Shown here: positions 24,401-45,900 of the stretch, one piece after another
How positions within the stretch are numbered: the stretch's first letter is position 1
How the letters are laid out: every line of letters begins with the position of its first letter
Position numbers and translations under genes: made by a program
Notes under the pieces: model-generated
What the model was told of the DNA's origin: nothing
The model's input: only the letters and a program-made list of their open reading frames with translations
The model's database searches: none
Assembly: GCA_963920595.1 (NCBI GenBank)
Contig: OY986949.1
Location: 124,001 to 188,000, forward strand
Length of the DNA stretch: 64,000 nt
Source: Eimeria praecox
Taxonomy: Eukaryota
Direction of reading: 5' to 3'

Positions 24401-27400
24401 ATCTTCTGTTAGCCGCGGCATCGTCCATAGCACACCTTTTGCTTTGCTCGGCCTGCGCAAAACAACTGCCACGAGGCACTCGGATGATCACTAAAGCTAC
24501 CCAACGCACGATGCGAAACACCGCACCCTCGTTGCTGCCATCCATCTTCTACTGGCCTTTCATACACTGCTTGGACAATTTTGTTTCAAAAGGAACTCTC
24601 CTTCGCTTCACACGATATTTTCATATACGGCACTGGAAGCTAATTATGTGCATACTTCCTGGCCGAAGCAGCGTGGAACCGCAGCGGCGAAATAGGTTTC
24701 ATACACATTGAGCTCGAGAGCGAGCGACCACAGCCTGCATTATTCCATGATGCTCTGCCAAGCACTGCGTATAATCCTGTCCGCAGGGGGAAATGGGGCT
24801 GATTTTAGCCAGGGCAGTCGAACCAAGGGAAAAATCAATATCAATCAAGTGCAAAGTAATGCAGCCTACTCCATGGGGCTTCTGCAATTTGTTTCCCCTT
24901 GAAAGACCAACTATAGTAGGACAGGTTAGAGGCACCGAAGGTATGCTACGCACGTGAAGTGCAGTACGCGCTGCATCGCGCTCGCTTCTGACAATGATGG
25001 GAACGTGGAAGGAACACCTGCAGATGACTAGCTCGGAGAGGTATGGCACCTTCCCCGAAAACAAAAAAGCAGCTTAACGAATCTTATCAAAGCAGAAGAG
25101 CAAACCTCCACGACAAGTTCCGATTTCTTCTGTGCTGTCCAATAGCTACGCAGTCGACGACGGGTTCCGCGTTTCGTTGTGCAAGAGCCATTACTATTTC
25201 CACAGTTCTTTTTGGACAAGCGGCCAGCAGCGACCTGGTCTTTGCTATCCCCGCCCTCCGTATAACAGCCACCATGCTACACAACCGGGCTAATCGTGAA
25301 TACTGCTAAATGTTCACCACAAATCACCGCATAGTCGCTCGTGTCTCCTACCACGCTTTAAGCTCCACAAATACTGTGCCATCAATTCCCTTGCATTGTT
25401 TGTATTATCGGACGCTGCCGTACAAATCAGAAACACCTCTTGCAATAAAGCCCAAAGGAGCGCACAGCCCAAGCAAGAGCAGATGTTATGGATCATCACA
25501 CGGCAAACGGGTAATCTTGAAAGCATGTACATGGATATCCATACCTGTCACCAGAGGGCCTGAATCCTAACCCATATCCCTACGCGCACCGACCAAATGG
25601 GTTTGTTTCTAAATGCGTACCTTCTGGGTAATATGTCAGGCAGCCGCACAGCCAGAGAAGGTTTCTGTATGACGCGCACACAGAAGCTGCACAAAACCCA
25701 CAATGCTCGCGCAAGCGCTCCGGATCCCCGCCCCAAGGCAGGTAACCACCAAACCTCAAGCTTAATGTCAAATGCAGGGTGATGCAATTGGCTGCCTGAT
25801 ACGTTCTCGCCAAACGGCTACTTTTAGGGGGACCAAAGACAGCCGAAAATGTTCGAGGTCACTGGGATGGATCACATTTGCGGGACGGCTTGTTCCCCCT
25901 CTTCCACCGCCGACTATTTTCTATTACTATGAATAGTTCGACGCGAAATGCCAAGAGACCAAGGCACACAATCATCCGTTGCATCTATTCCGAGCGCAAT
26001 ACAGCCTAAAATATCGTGCTAAAAACAGATCCACCCGCCTGCGCTCCAGGGCAGCTTCCTTTGTGTTGCCCAGTACCCGCGCAACGAGCTTCAAGTACCT
26101 TATTCTTTTGTGCAAGTGCTATGCGTATTTACACAGCTGGCGCCGACTTTGCCGTCAGCCACCGCCAGCGCTCTTGACTCCCATCCCCCGCCAAGCAGCT
26201 ACCATCACACATAGCAGGACTACTCGCCAATCCCGCTTAGCATTTTTCACAAACCAGCCCGTCGTCGCTCCGTTTGGTCTCAAATCAACCCAGTCTGCTG
26301 CCCTGCTGCCTTATACCACGCCCTGAGCTGCACATATATTGCGTCACCACAATATTGAGATAGTTTGACTTGTCGCACTATGCCGCACAAGCGCATACTG
26401 CCGCACCGAAATATCCCGCTCCAGCAACCTCCAAAGAAAAGAACAGCTAAAGAAACACAACCTCCCGCACCTCCTCAGGGTATCTTCTTAAGTGTACACC
26501 CATGCGCTTATAAATATTCTTGCCTGCTCCCATACAATCTGAAACGTAACAGTACCCTTAACTGCTCCTGCCAGATAATTTGCGTTAGGGGCAATACGTG
26601 TTAGGCAGAGTAGGGCGTGGCAACAGCACTAGAGAAAGCTTTGTAGCATCAACCATAGGCAAGCAAACAGACACCATAAAGCACGGTGCACGAGCATGCA
26701 GGACCCATAGCTGTGCAGGAAATGCTGCCTATATGCTGCTGCCGGCAGACGGAACAAATTTGTAACAGGGCAACCGGACCAGCTCCTCTGAAAGCCATTT
26801 GTATGTCGATACAGGTGAGTGCGGGGACTCGCTGGTCAAATATATTCTCGTTGATGATTAACGGCATTCCTAACTGTTCGAGACGTTCAGGAAACAGCGC
26901 GAGTGAACAGGCCGGCAGTTTGCTTCCAGCTCGCCTCTGCCAAATGTGCTGGAGTGCTCTGAACACCTTATCTCAAGATGCCTGGTCTGATAAGGCACTG
27001 ACAACGTATTCGTACGTTCGGGATACTGGGAGCACAAAACAGCCTAACTACTCTCCCCAAAGCAGAACCACCAGCTCGCGGCAACGGTCCTGCACTCTTT
27101 TCTGCAATCAAATAGCTGCATGAAGAGGTAAATGTTCCGCTGTATTACACACCCAGGCTGGCTACCAGTGCTACTCAAAGTTAGACACAAACTACCGAAC
27201 AGTCTTTGTTGCGTCCTACCACTAATTGCGCTGCTCATGCACTGCCTCACTAATTCACCATATCGTTGAGCTGACACTCCGGCGCCCGTAGATATCGCAA
27301 AAGAATTCCCATTGCTTTTCACCACACATTGCCATAAAGCTTTATGCATTCGCATATACATCCATACCTGGTTTCAGACAGCCTAGAACCCAAATGCACT

Positions 27401-30400
27401 TATAACTGAGCCCGCAACATAAATTTCTTTCAGGCGTGCCAAACGTCTTACAAACTGCAGTAGTTCCTAACCTTCATATCGCCGCAACCCTAACAGGTAA
27501 TTATAGGCGTACTTTCTTACCAGAACGACGCGGGATCGCAATGCCACATGAGGACCCAACGCGTCCGCAAACATGCGCACGCAAAATGTACAACCGCGCA
27601 TTACTCACACGGACAGGTCTGCCACCTCCCCACCAAATGCTGCATTTTGTGCCACTGGCAGACAGCGCGAACCAAAATGTTGCAGCTTGCTGCATGGGAA
27701 GTCCTCCTTCAAACCCTTCTTGTTGTTCGGCTAACGATAATGGAAAATTCTGCATACGAAGAAGACGCATCATGGACGCAGGCAAGAGTGCACTGCAACA
27801 GGCATGCCGATAATGCACATGAAAAGGTGCAATGGACACACTACAGCAAGTGGACTATCCCAAAGGCATATCGGCGAGGCGCCCCCTAAGAACAACGGCT
27901 CCCCGATATTCCTAATCACAACGGCCCCTGCAACAAAACAGCTTAGCGAAGGTTGCCATACGAGAAATATCTGCTCGCACTACGAGCTCCGCTTCCTTTT
28001 ATGCCAATCGATACTTAGACAATGAGATACGGGTTCTGCCGTCAGTCGTGAAAGAGGCATGAGGCTTTAGACAATTTCTGTTAGCAGCGCCTTCCGTAGC
28101 AGCTAGCTCTTAGCCATTAGCGTCGTCCGCGCAGCAGCTAGCAGCATGCATAACCGCCTTAAGCGCCAGTCCTGCTGAGCCTTTGATAGTAATCACCAAG
28201 CAATCGATATTGACTCCTACCACGTATTGCGTTGCAGATATACTGCCTCATCAGTTTGCTCTCATCGCTTGGCAGATACTGTTTCGCACACCCACATCGC
28301 AACGCTGAAGCAATGCACCGAAGGAGTAATCCCCAAAGCCCCCACTTCTCCTCACACAGCAAATCCACATATTGGCATGCAGGAAGATATACACCCATGC
28401 CTGCCACTAGACACCCCATAGTGATAGTTACTCGTCCGGTGCAGGTGACTCGGCGTCAGTGTGCGTACTTTCTTAGGAAAATAACGCGCGTTGGCAATGC
28501 CAAAAACAGGTTCTCAACATTGCGGCGAGTGCTCCGACAGCCGCATTACGGCCGTCGAAGCGCTCACAAAAAGTGCGTAAACCCACCATGCTCACCGATG
28601 TAAATCCCCGAGAGCCAAGCCAAATACCACGTATACTCCCATAGGCAAGCGGTGTTGATTTCAAGGGTGGCAAGCAGCTTAAGCTTAATCTCAATGCCAA
28701 CTGCAGAAAACTGTGGATTGCTCTTGTCCTAGAGGCATCCTTTCTTGAGAGGAGGCGAATGAAAAAGATAATATTCGAGAAGGTCGGGAAGCATCGTATG
28801 CCTGCAGGCGAGGCCGTGCTTCGCGTTTGTCTATTCCTACTGTACCCGAGTACCACGAACACTTTGCCATGAGCCGTTGTGACCCAACGAATGCCAGTGA
28901 CGGAGTCGTACTTCGCAGCTAGCCTAGCTAATAGCACAGTCGCATTAACGCAAGCTTGCACTATGGGTTCTGTTTCCTCCTGTGCTACAAAAATTGCTGC
29001 ACAGCGATCTACACGTTCCGCGCTCTTTATCCAGCGCAATTTGCATTTAAACAATCTTTGCTGACAGTGTTGCCTTTCGCTACTTGGGTCCTTCGCAAGG
29101 CAACTACCGCCCTGGAAAGCTGCGCGAATCGCTAATGCTACCTAACGCCTGGTACAATTTGCAGGTCAGTTGCTGCTGCTGCTGCCCCCTACCGCGTGTT
29201 GTGCTCCGCATGCGCTGTGACACCATTTAACTGAAATTGTTTTGAGTGTCAGACTCTCACTCGCAAACGTGCCTGGCACCGCCGAAACACCTGGCTAGCT
29301 CCAGTAGGTATGCAAAAATAACAGAGCTCAAGCAAAACGAAATAACACCCTTTCCCATACTGCCATCCCACAAATGTGTCCGCACGAAGATAAACACCCA
29401 CGCCTGCCACGGAACACCGTGAAACCCAACAGTACCCATAAACACCCCATGCAGATGATTGCTTTTAAAGGCATACCATCTGGGCAAGCAACCGCGAGAT
29501 CATGAAACCAAAAAGCCTTAGGTGACCAGCGGAGGGCAGAAAAATGCAGCAAATCCACAACACAAATCACACACAAGTCGCACACACACAGGTTTTCTAG
29601 CTCTCCGCCAAGTACACGCTATACTTTTACAGGCAGAAAACGCGATATCAAGCAGAGCAAGCCAATCAAGCGCATGCCTAATAACTGCTGTACAAAAATG
29701 CAGCTAGCTGCATTGGACAAATAGGAGCCCTTCTTGTTGGAACCCCAACAATAACGTGAAATGTTCACGACGGATAAAGCGTATCATGTAAGCCAAATAA
29801 GGTATACTGTGTCATATTAGCCTCTCCTCAAAACAGAAACGTACCACAAACACCCTGTAGCAAGATATTTAACCCCAAAACGTAAGAATGACGCCTTTGA
29901 CGCATTCATGAAATGCACCGACGCCAGAACACAAACCAACCCCGGCAAATATCCCCAAATCAGAAACGCTCACGTGCAGTATGAACTCATCTTGCCTTCG
30001 TCTTAGATTGCCCAGAAACTACTGGGTGAGCCCAATATTACAAGCTTTTCCATGCAGTTGCCATGAGTGTTTGCAGATTTCACGTTGTCCAGGCCTCCTG
30101 CGCCGGCCTGACTTTGCTCCTTGTGCTACAGCGTTCTCTGCAGAACACCTACCGATAACAAACAACAGGGGTAATCGCCATTCCTTCGCATCATTTGACA
30201 CAAATCACTGCGTAGGCGATGTTACCTCATGCCGCGCACTGCGCTGCACATATGCTGCCTCACGAACGCATTAGCATCGCTTGTTAGGCCAGAATCTGTC
30301 TCGCAAATGCGTCTCGCGCAGTCGAACACCCCAACTCCGTAGATATTACAAACCAGCAGAGGCAAACGAAAATGAAGTCCTAGTCCATTTCAAAATGCAA

Positions 30401-30810
30401 ATACATTAATGAGCAAATATACATACACGTTTTTCCATGCCCACCATCAGACAGCCTCAGACGCAAATGCGAGAAAATGCTGCTAGTGCTTCATACGTTC
30501 TACAAACTGATCTCGCTGCTACGCGTTCCGCATTTCCAAACACATGGCAGCTAATTATATGCATACCTCCTGGGCAGAAAGGCATTTGAGAGTAAGGCCA
30601 AAGCAGGACTCGCCATGGTGCGCCCGTAAACGATCGCAGACAAACTCCAAACCCGCAAACCGCAACGTGCTCATGCACGCTGACCCCCTAACTCTCCACC
30701 AAATGCTGCGTGTGCTCCTACTTAGACGATATTGATTTTCAACGCGGCCACCGAAACCGGCGAAAACATAGAAACGGCAAAACGGTGCATATGGCTGCAT
30801 ATGGCTTCTT
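21467..30810. repeat. HOR-A copy 3, truncated (~9.3 kb) where the array switches to HOR-B
   Basis: Collinear with copy 1 up to about unit position 9340 (GGCTGCATATGGCTTC), then departs. From ~30900 the sequence matches the HOR-B anchor also seen at 37740. Confidence 0.92.
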
Positions 30811-30940
30811 TGCCGAGTTGCTGTCCGTCGGAAATCCAATAAGGACTTCAGGCCTTGAATATGGACAAGGCAACGTAGTACATGAACCACAAATATTCTC
30901 GATGAACGAATAATAACTAACTATGTTATAAACAAATGGG

Positions 30941-37776
<6,836 letters not shown>

Positions 37777-40700
37777 CCAATCGCACACAACGCCTACAAC
37801 GCGCTTTCGGCTTTCTCCTTCAATAAATATGGATGCGTGCCACGAATACCTTGGCGTGGCAAAGCTAGCTCGAAAGAATATCTGCCAAACAAGCAGAATA
37901 TGCACCTACTCCGAACACCAAAAAGATTATTAGCTATTGCTGAGGAACGAAGAACGCCCGCCTGCACGAGTTATGGTCTCTTCTGTCTTGCGAAATAGCA
38001 CTACGATGATCGACGGGCAACGCATTCTCCGTGAAAAGGTCGTCGGCCTTTACAGAATATGTGTTGGCGGCACGGGCAATCTCGGCACGTTCTTCGCTAC
38101 TATCGTTCTTTGCAGAACAACTACCCTAACGCATACCCCTGCCAATCTTCAGTGCTACTAAACGTTTGCCACAAATTACCACGCGTGGGGGCCACACACT
38201 CCCACGTACTGCGCTGCAAATATGCTGCCCCACCAATTCACTGAAATCGTTGCAATGTCACGCCTTATCCTGAAAACGCCTTTCACAGCGCCGAAACCTC
38301 CTGCCCCAGGATATACCATGCATGAATTGACCTCCAGCCAACGGCCTGCAAGGCGTACCACACGCTTCATGTATTCACACACACTTTTCTGGCTAGCATC
38401 GACCTGCTTCAAACGTAGCAACACCCATAAAGATGCTGAGCAGACGACTGCTCTTCTAAGATCATACTTCCTGGGCAGAAGAACAAACTGCCGTAATGGG
38501 TGAGAAGGCTTCCGCACACAGTGCTCGTAGACGTGCGCACAAATTGCGCAACCCCACGATGCTCACATGTGCAGGACCGCTAGTGCTTTTTAAAGACGGC
38601 GTACACTCCGACCAGCAGGCAACGCTCATTACAACCAAGGCAGCCGAACCAAGCAAGCAATCCTAATAACAAGTGCAAACCAAGGCACCTGCCTGCATGC
38701 GGCGTCCTCGTCGATTCGATCCATGACACAGTGTCAACAGGAATCGAAAATGCTCAGTACGCACAAGACATATGACGCATGCTGACTACAGTGCACTCTA
38801 TCGCAACCGATTTCCACGATTACGCAAATGCGTCACGAATACTCCCCCCCAATACGGCTAGCAACAAGAAAGAAATGTCAGTAACATACCCGCAAATTGC
38901 GCCTGCTCCGCAGACACATCAGCACAAATAATCTCACCAGATCAGATGCCAAACGGCAACGCTAAGAATATGGCTAAGAGTTCTTCCGTCCAAACAGCAA
39001 GGGTGTCTATACAACTTGTGCTGCCCGCATCGTTGTCTCTCGCCGTCCTTCGCTATTCCTGTTCTCCGCCAAGTGGTCACCAATAGAGGATAACCAGGCT
39101 GATCTTCAATACTGTTTAGAGCTTGCCACACATCACAAGATAGGTGAGACCAAGGCCTACCACGTTTTGCGCTGCACATATGCTATGGTGGTTCACCTAT
39201 TCACAGATATCGTTTGAACTTTCAATGCCAGAGGGTCGACCTAGCAACAAATGCCACTGCGCCAATGCAACTAGCAAAAATGTAAACCAAAGAGCAGCAC
39301 GGCTGACCCAAAACGAGCTCCCGCTTGTCCCCTCATTGCAACGCCACAGATCTGCATGCATGCAAGCAAGCACGCATGCATGTCTGCCACCAGACAACCT
39401 GCAAAGCGCCAATACCCACAAATGCGCCAAGGAGATGAATGGGATGCGGCTACTTCAGACACCCTACAAACTGTTCCAGTTTCTACGCGCTTTGCACTTC
39501 GAAGTCCCCCCCAGAAAATCCTGTGCGCACTTCCTATACAAAGCATCGCGCAGTCGAAGCGCCAGAGGGAGTTTCATCACAAAGCCCCCGTAACCAACAC
39601 AAGCTGCCCAACCCCACAAAGTTCCCACGCTCAGGTCCCTTTCCTCTCCGCCAAGTACAGCGTATACTGCGTTTCGCAGAGGCTTTTTCGGCAGTGGCAA
39701 GTGAACCAAACGCAAGCGTAGCGCTAAATGCAAAACGGTGCAGCTGGCTTCATGCGACATCCTTGTCAAAACACTTGCTGGCCGACTAGCGGGAATCCCA
39801 AATGCTCAGGAAGAGGATGATATACCACGTAAGTGAACTAATGTAGGCTGCATCAAGCTTGCCTCTGATAATTATGGAAGCGCAAAGTGGCTACTCTGTC
39901 GCGAGACGGCCAACGAGAATAAGCGCCAACAGCACACTCATAATTTGCGTCTACACCAAGCACAAAGCAGCTGAAACCATTTTTTCAAGCCTGACACATC
40001 CGTCAGCAGGACGCGTTTCCGCCTCATTCTGTGTTGCACAATACATGTAAGACGAGCGACATGCTGCGTGGTTAGTTGTGCAAACTGCCCGTGGATTTGC
40101 ACAGCTCTGGCTGGTCACGCCGCTGTTTGATGCCCGCCTTTCGCTATCCGTGCCCCCGTGCAAAACAGTCACCATCACACTTACCCAGTATGATGGCCAA
40201 CACTGCAACACGTATCACAGCGTTGTGGTTTCAGCCTTCTACCACGCACTGCGTTGCACATATGCTGCCGCATAAGCTCATGGTGATCGTTTTGAAACCC
40301 ACAATCTGCTTTGCAAGTACTATTTGCAGAGCTAAATGACCCAGCAAAAAAGGAAAACAAAGTAGGCCACAGCTCAAGCAAAAAGAGCCACCACTTATTC
40401 TCACATCGCAACTCCACAAAACTGGAAGCAAACATGTATGCGTCAACGCCTAATATCAGACAGCCTAAAACGCAAAAGTGCCATGACCGCACCGAGCATA
40501 TCTGCCTTGCTTCTCAACGCATACTTTCTGCCCAAAATAGCGTTGGATGGCGCCGCCAGAAATGGCTTCGCCCCACTGTGCCCGCACATGCCCTGCACAG
40601 GCTGCATAACCCCACCATGCTCATGCTTGCAGGTCCTCTAGCTCCCCGCCAGGCGCTGCATATCCTCCTATCAAGAGAAGGCGTTGATATCGATCCTGGC

Positions 40701-41271
40701 AAGCGAGCCATGTGCAACTTAAAAACCAAATGCAAAATGATGGAGCTGGCGGTATGGGACGTCCTGGCCGGATCGTTGCAGCTGGAAAATCACCGAGAAC
40801 ATCGAATGGAGGCAGCGGAAAGCTTATAGCCAACACGTGAACCAACCTGCCTCGTTTGACGCCTGCCTGTTGTGGAAATTCAAATGGGCCACCAACACCC
40901 TGCAGCGATATGGCAGCCTCAAAAACGTGCCAGCGACACATTACGATATTGCACCAGTCTCAAACACACTGCAGCTTAACTAGTCTCATTGCACCAGTAG
41001 TACCTGCCTGGACCATAAGTTCCGCTGTCTATAGAGCTACCAAATAGCTATCTAAAGAGCTAAGGGCTACCCATTCATTCGCGCAGGCACCTCTTATGTT
41101 TGCCCCATTCGCGTTGCTCTCCCCTCCACCCTTGGGCTACCCCGGGCTACTAGCGTGCTCTGCAGAACAGCTCCCGATAAGACATAACCGGGCTCGTTGC
41201 CTGCACTCCTAAGCGCTTGGCACGAATTACCGCATAGTCCCTGCTGGACTCTACCAGGTTTTGCACTTCAC

Positions 41272-42450
<1,179 letters not shown>

Positions 42451-42983
42451 ATTTGCCTCACCAATTCGCAGGCCCCCCTTGTAATCTGAGGTTCTGTCGC
42501 GCAAGCACATATCGCTGCGCGGATACAACCAGCAAAAATGTACACCAAAGAGCAGGATAGTAGAGCCCCAACGAGCTCCCGCTTCCCCCCACACTGCAAC
42601 GCCACAGAGCTGCATACATGCACGCAAGTACGCATGTATGCCTGCCATCAGACAGCCGGCAACGCGGCATTACTCACAAATACGCTGAGCACATGAAGTG
42701 GCAGGCGTTACTTCACACCCCCTACAAACTGTTCCAGTTGCTACGCGCTTTGCACTTCAACATCTCCCAGAAAATCATGTGCGCACTTTCTAGCCAAAGC
42801 ATCGCGTTGTTGCAAACGCCACAAGAGGCTCCGCCACACCGCCCTCGTAAACCAGCGAGCATCAAGTGCCTTGTCCCATGATGCTCACGCATGCCGGTCC
42901 CGTAGATCTCCGCCAAATAGAGTGATTACTATGTTCACCAGACAAATTTGGCTTCAACGATGGCACGAGAACCGAGTGCAAAA

Positions 42984-45900
42984 CTACTCCCATGCGTGAA
43001 ACTATGCAACGGACCAAGTTCGCCTCTCATGACTATGGAAGCGTGCCACGAAAACCCTGCTGAGATATGGCTTGCTCCAAAGCATATCAGTAATACATTC
43101 ATAACGTTGGACCCGCTACGAAAGCAAAGAAGCTTAGATAATATCGTCAAACCAGAAGCATTGACCTGCAGTACGAATTCCGACTACACAATGTGTTACT
43201 GGCTACGTCTTCTTTCGTGCAAGCGTCGTGCTGCTTTACACAATCTGTCAAGGTCGTGTCGTCCGCCGTGACCAGCCTTTCGCTGTCCCCGTCTTTCCGC
43301 AGAACAAATGCCACCATGGATAACCGGCGTCATCATAAACCCTCAGGAAAACATGATACAAAGGATCGAGCAGTCACTCCCTCCTCCTACTACGTTCTGC
43401 ACTGCATACCTACTGAAATGCCTCGTCAATCCGATAAAATCGTTTGTAATGCCAGACTCTGGTTCGGATGTCCCGTCTAGCAAGTGCGTTTCGCAGCGCC
43501 GAAAGATGCTGCCCGGAATGACACCACAGAAGACCGCAGCTAAAGCAACACGAACTCCCGCTTCATTTCACACTGCAAATGCGGAGCTCTGCAGGCGTTC
43601 ACACATGCATCCATGCATACAGCCGGGGAAATTAAAACACAAACGTACGCATAACTGCGCCAAAAAGGTGGATTGGTTTCCGGTGCGTCAGGCTCCCGAC
43701 AAACGTTCCTAGTTACTTCACGCTTCGTAGCTCAAAACGTCCGGCTACTAATTGTGTCCATACTCTCTGGCCAAATCAGCGGGTAACCGCACCGTTAGAG
43801 GGCTTCGCCACATCGCGTCCGCATACGCACACACACAAAATACAAAAGCCCATCATGCTCATACGCACGCCGATCCGTAGACGCCAATCGTTGAAGTGCT
43901 GCGTAGACGACGCTCATATCAAATACAGCTCGCGAGTCTAATCCTAGCCTCAAAGCAATTGCAGAACAATACAGCTGGCAGCATAGGGCCTAATTGCCGC
44001 ATCGCGGTTCTTTGGAAGAGCAGGGAAAATAGAAATTTTTCGAGACGGCAAAGAAGTATCGCGCAAGCGAGTTAAGGTGTGTTGATTCATTTCTGACTCT
44101 AGTGAGGAAGGAAACCTGTCACAAAAATCTTGCCGCGATAAGCCTAGCTCGAAACGTATCGGCGGCACATTCATTAATTGCACCTCCTCCGAACACAAAG
44201 CAGCTGAACTAAAGTAACAAAAACAGAAACATGCACGTGCACTAAACACTCTGGTTCTTTTGGTTATGAAGCAGCCACAAACCGAGCCAAGGGCTATGCA
44301 GTGTTTCCGTGCAAGTACGATGAGCACACGCACAATTTGTGCGGGTCACGCCACCGGCCACATCCTGCCATCCACACAGCAACCAGCATCATACATAGGC
44401 GGTCTAACCCACAAACCTACTTACCAATTTACGTAAATCAGATCCCAGTCGCTGCTGCCTCACTCCACATACTGCGTTGCTCATATGCTGCTTTCCAGAT
44501 CGCGGACATCGCTTGCAAGGCCCGAAGCTGTCTCGCGAACGCACATCCCTGCGCAAAAATACCCAACTCCAGCAAAAGGCAAAGAAGAACACAGCCAAAG
44601 CAAAAGGACCTCCCACTTCTTTTCCCACTCTGCCGCCACACATATGCAGGCACGCACGCCCTCATGCAATGCCTAAAACCAGACAGCCTCAACGACAACA
44701 GTGTAAAATCGCCAGACACAAGAGGCGCATACCTCTGAAGGCTTACTTGCTTAAAATGCACCACAAGATAGTAAGGCAACACAAAGCTTCTCCGCATCGC
44801 GTCCGCATACGCGCGCACACAAACTGCAAAAGCCCCCCATGCTCACATACGCAGGTTCCGAAGTTGTACGCGATAAACTGCTGAGTATAATCCAACCACC
44901 ATATAAAGCTTATCTCAAGCACGGCACATGAACCTGGCCCTAGTCTGAACGCAATTGCAGAACGATACGCCAAGCAGCATAGAGGCTAACTGCCATATCG
45001 TGTTATTTGCAAGAGCAGAGAAAATCGGCATTTTTCAAAACAATGAAGATATATCACGCAAGTGAACTTAGCTGCGTCGAATAATTTTTGCCTCTTGTGA
45101 GGATGCAAGCTTGCCACGGAGATCCTGCCGAAACATGGCTAGTTGAAAAGCCTAGCAGCGACACATTCATACACACCACTTTCTCCAAAACGCAAAGCAG
45201 CTTAACTAATTAGGCCAAACCAGAAATGCCCGCCTGCACTACGAGGTCCGCTTGCGTTTGCCTTTTGCTACGACAGAACGAGCCCCATATTACAAGTTGT
45301 TCCATGCAATTCCCATTCATGTAGACACAATTAGCGTTGTCGGCGCGTCCGGCCTCAGCATGACCTTGGCTATTAGCGCCCTCAGCAGAGCACCTACCAA
45401 TAATACACAATCAGGCCAGCATCCATTCCCACGCAACTAAACCCACAAATAAAGGCGTATGCGAAACAGTCTGAAACGCAAACGCACCCATAACTGCGTC
45501 GAGAAAAAGATGCTGCCTCTGTTTCAGGCGTTCTACAAACTGATCTAGATGCTATGCGCTCCGCATTTCCAAGCACCTGGCAGTCAATTATGTGCATACC
45601 TCCTGGGCGGAGCAGCGTTTGACCTGAAGGCCAGAGCAGGATTAGCCATACCGCGCCCTACTACTACGACAGCTACTATCATGGGTGAAACTATGCAACG
45701 GACCACGTTCACCCCTCATGACTATGGAAGCGTGCCACGAAAACCCTGCTGAGATATGGATAGCTCCAAAGCATATCAGTAATACATTCATAACGTTGGA
45801 CTCGCAACGAAAGCAAAGAAGCTTGAATAATATTACTAAACCAGAAGCATCGACATGCAGTACGAATTCCGACTTATTTTTTGCTTCCGAATAGCTACAC

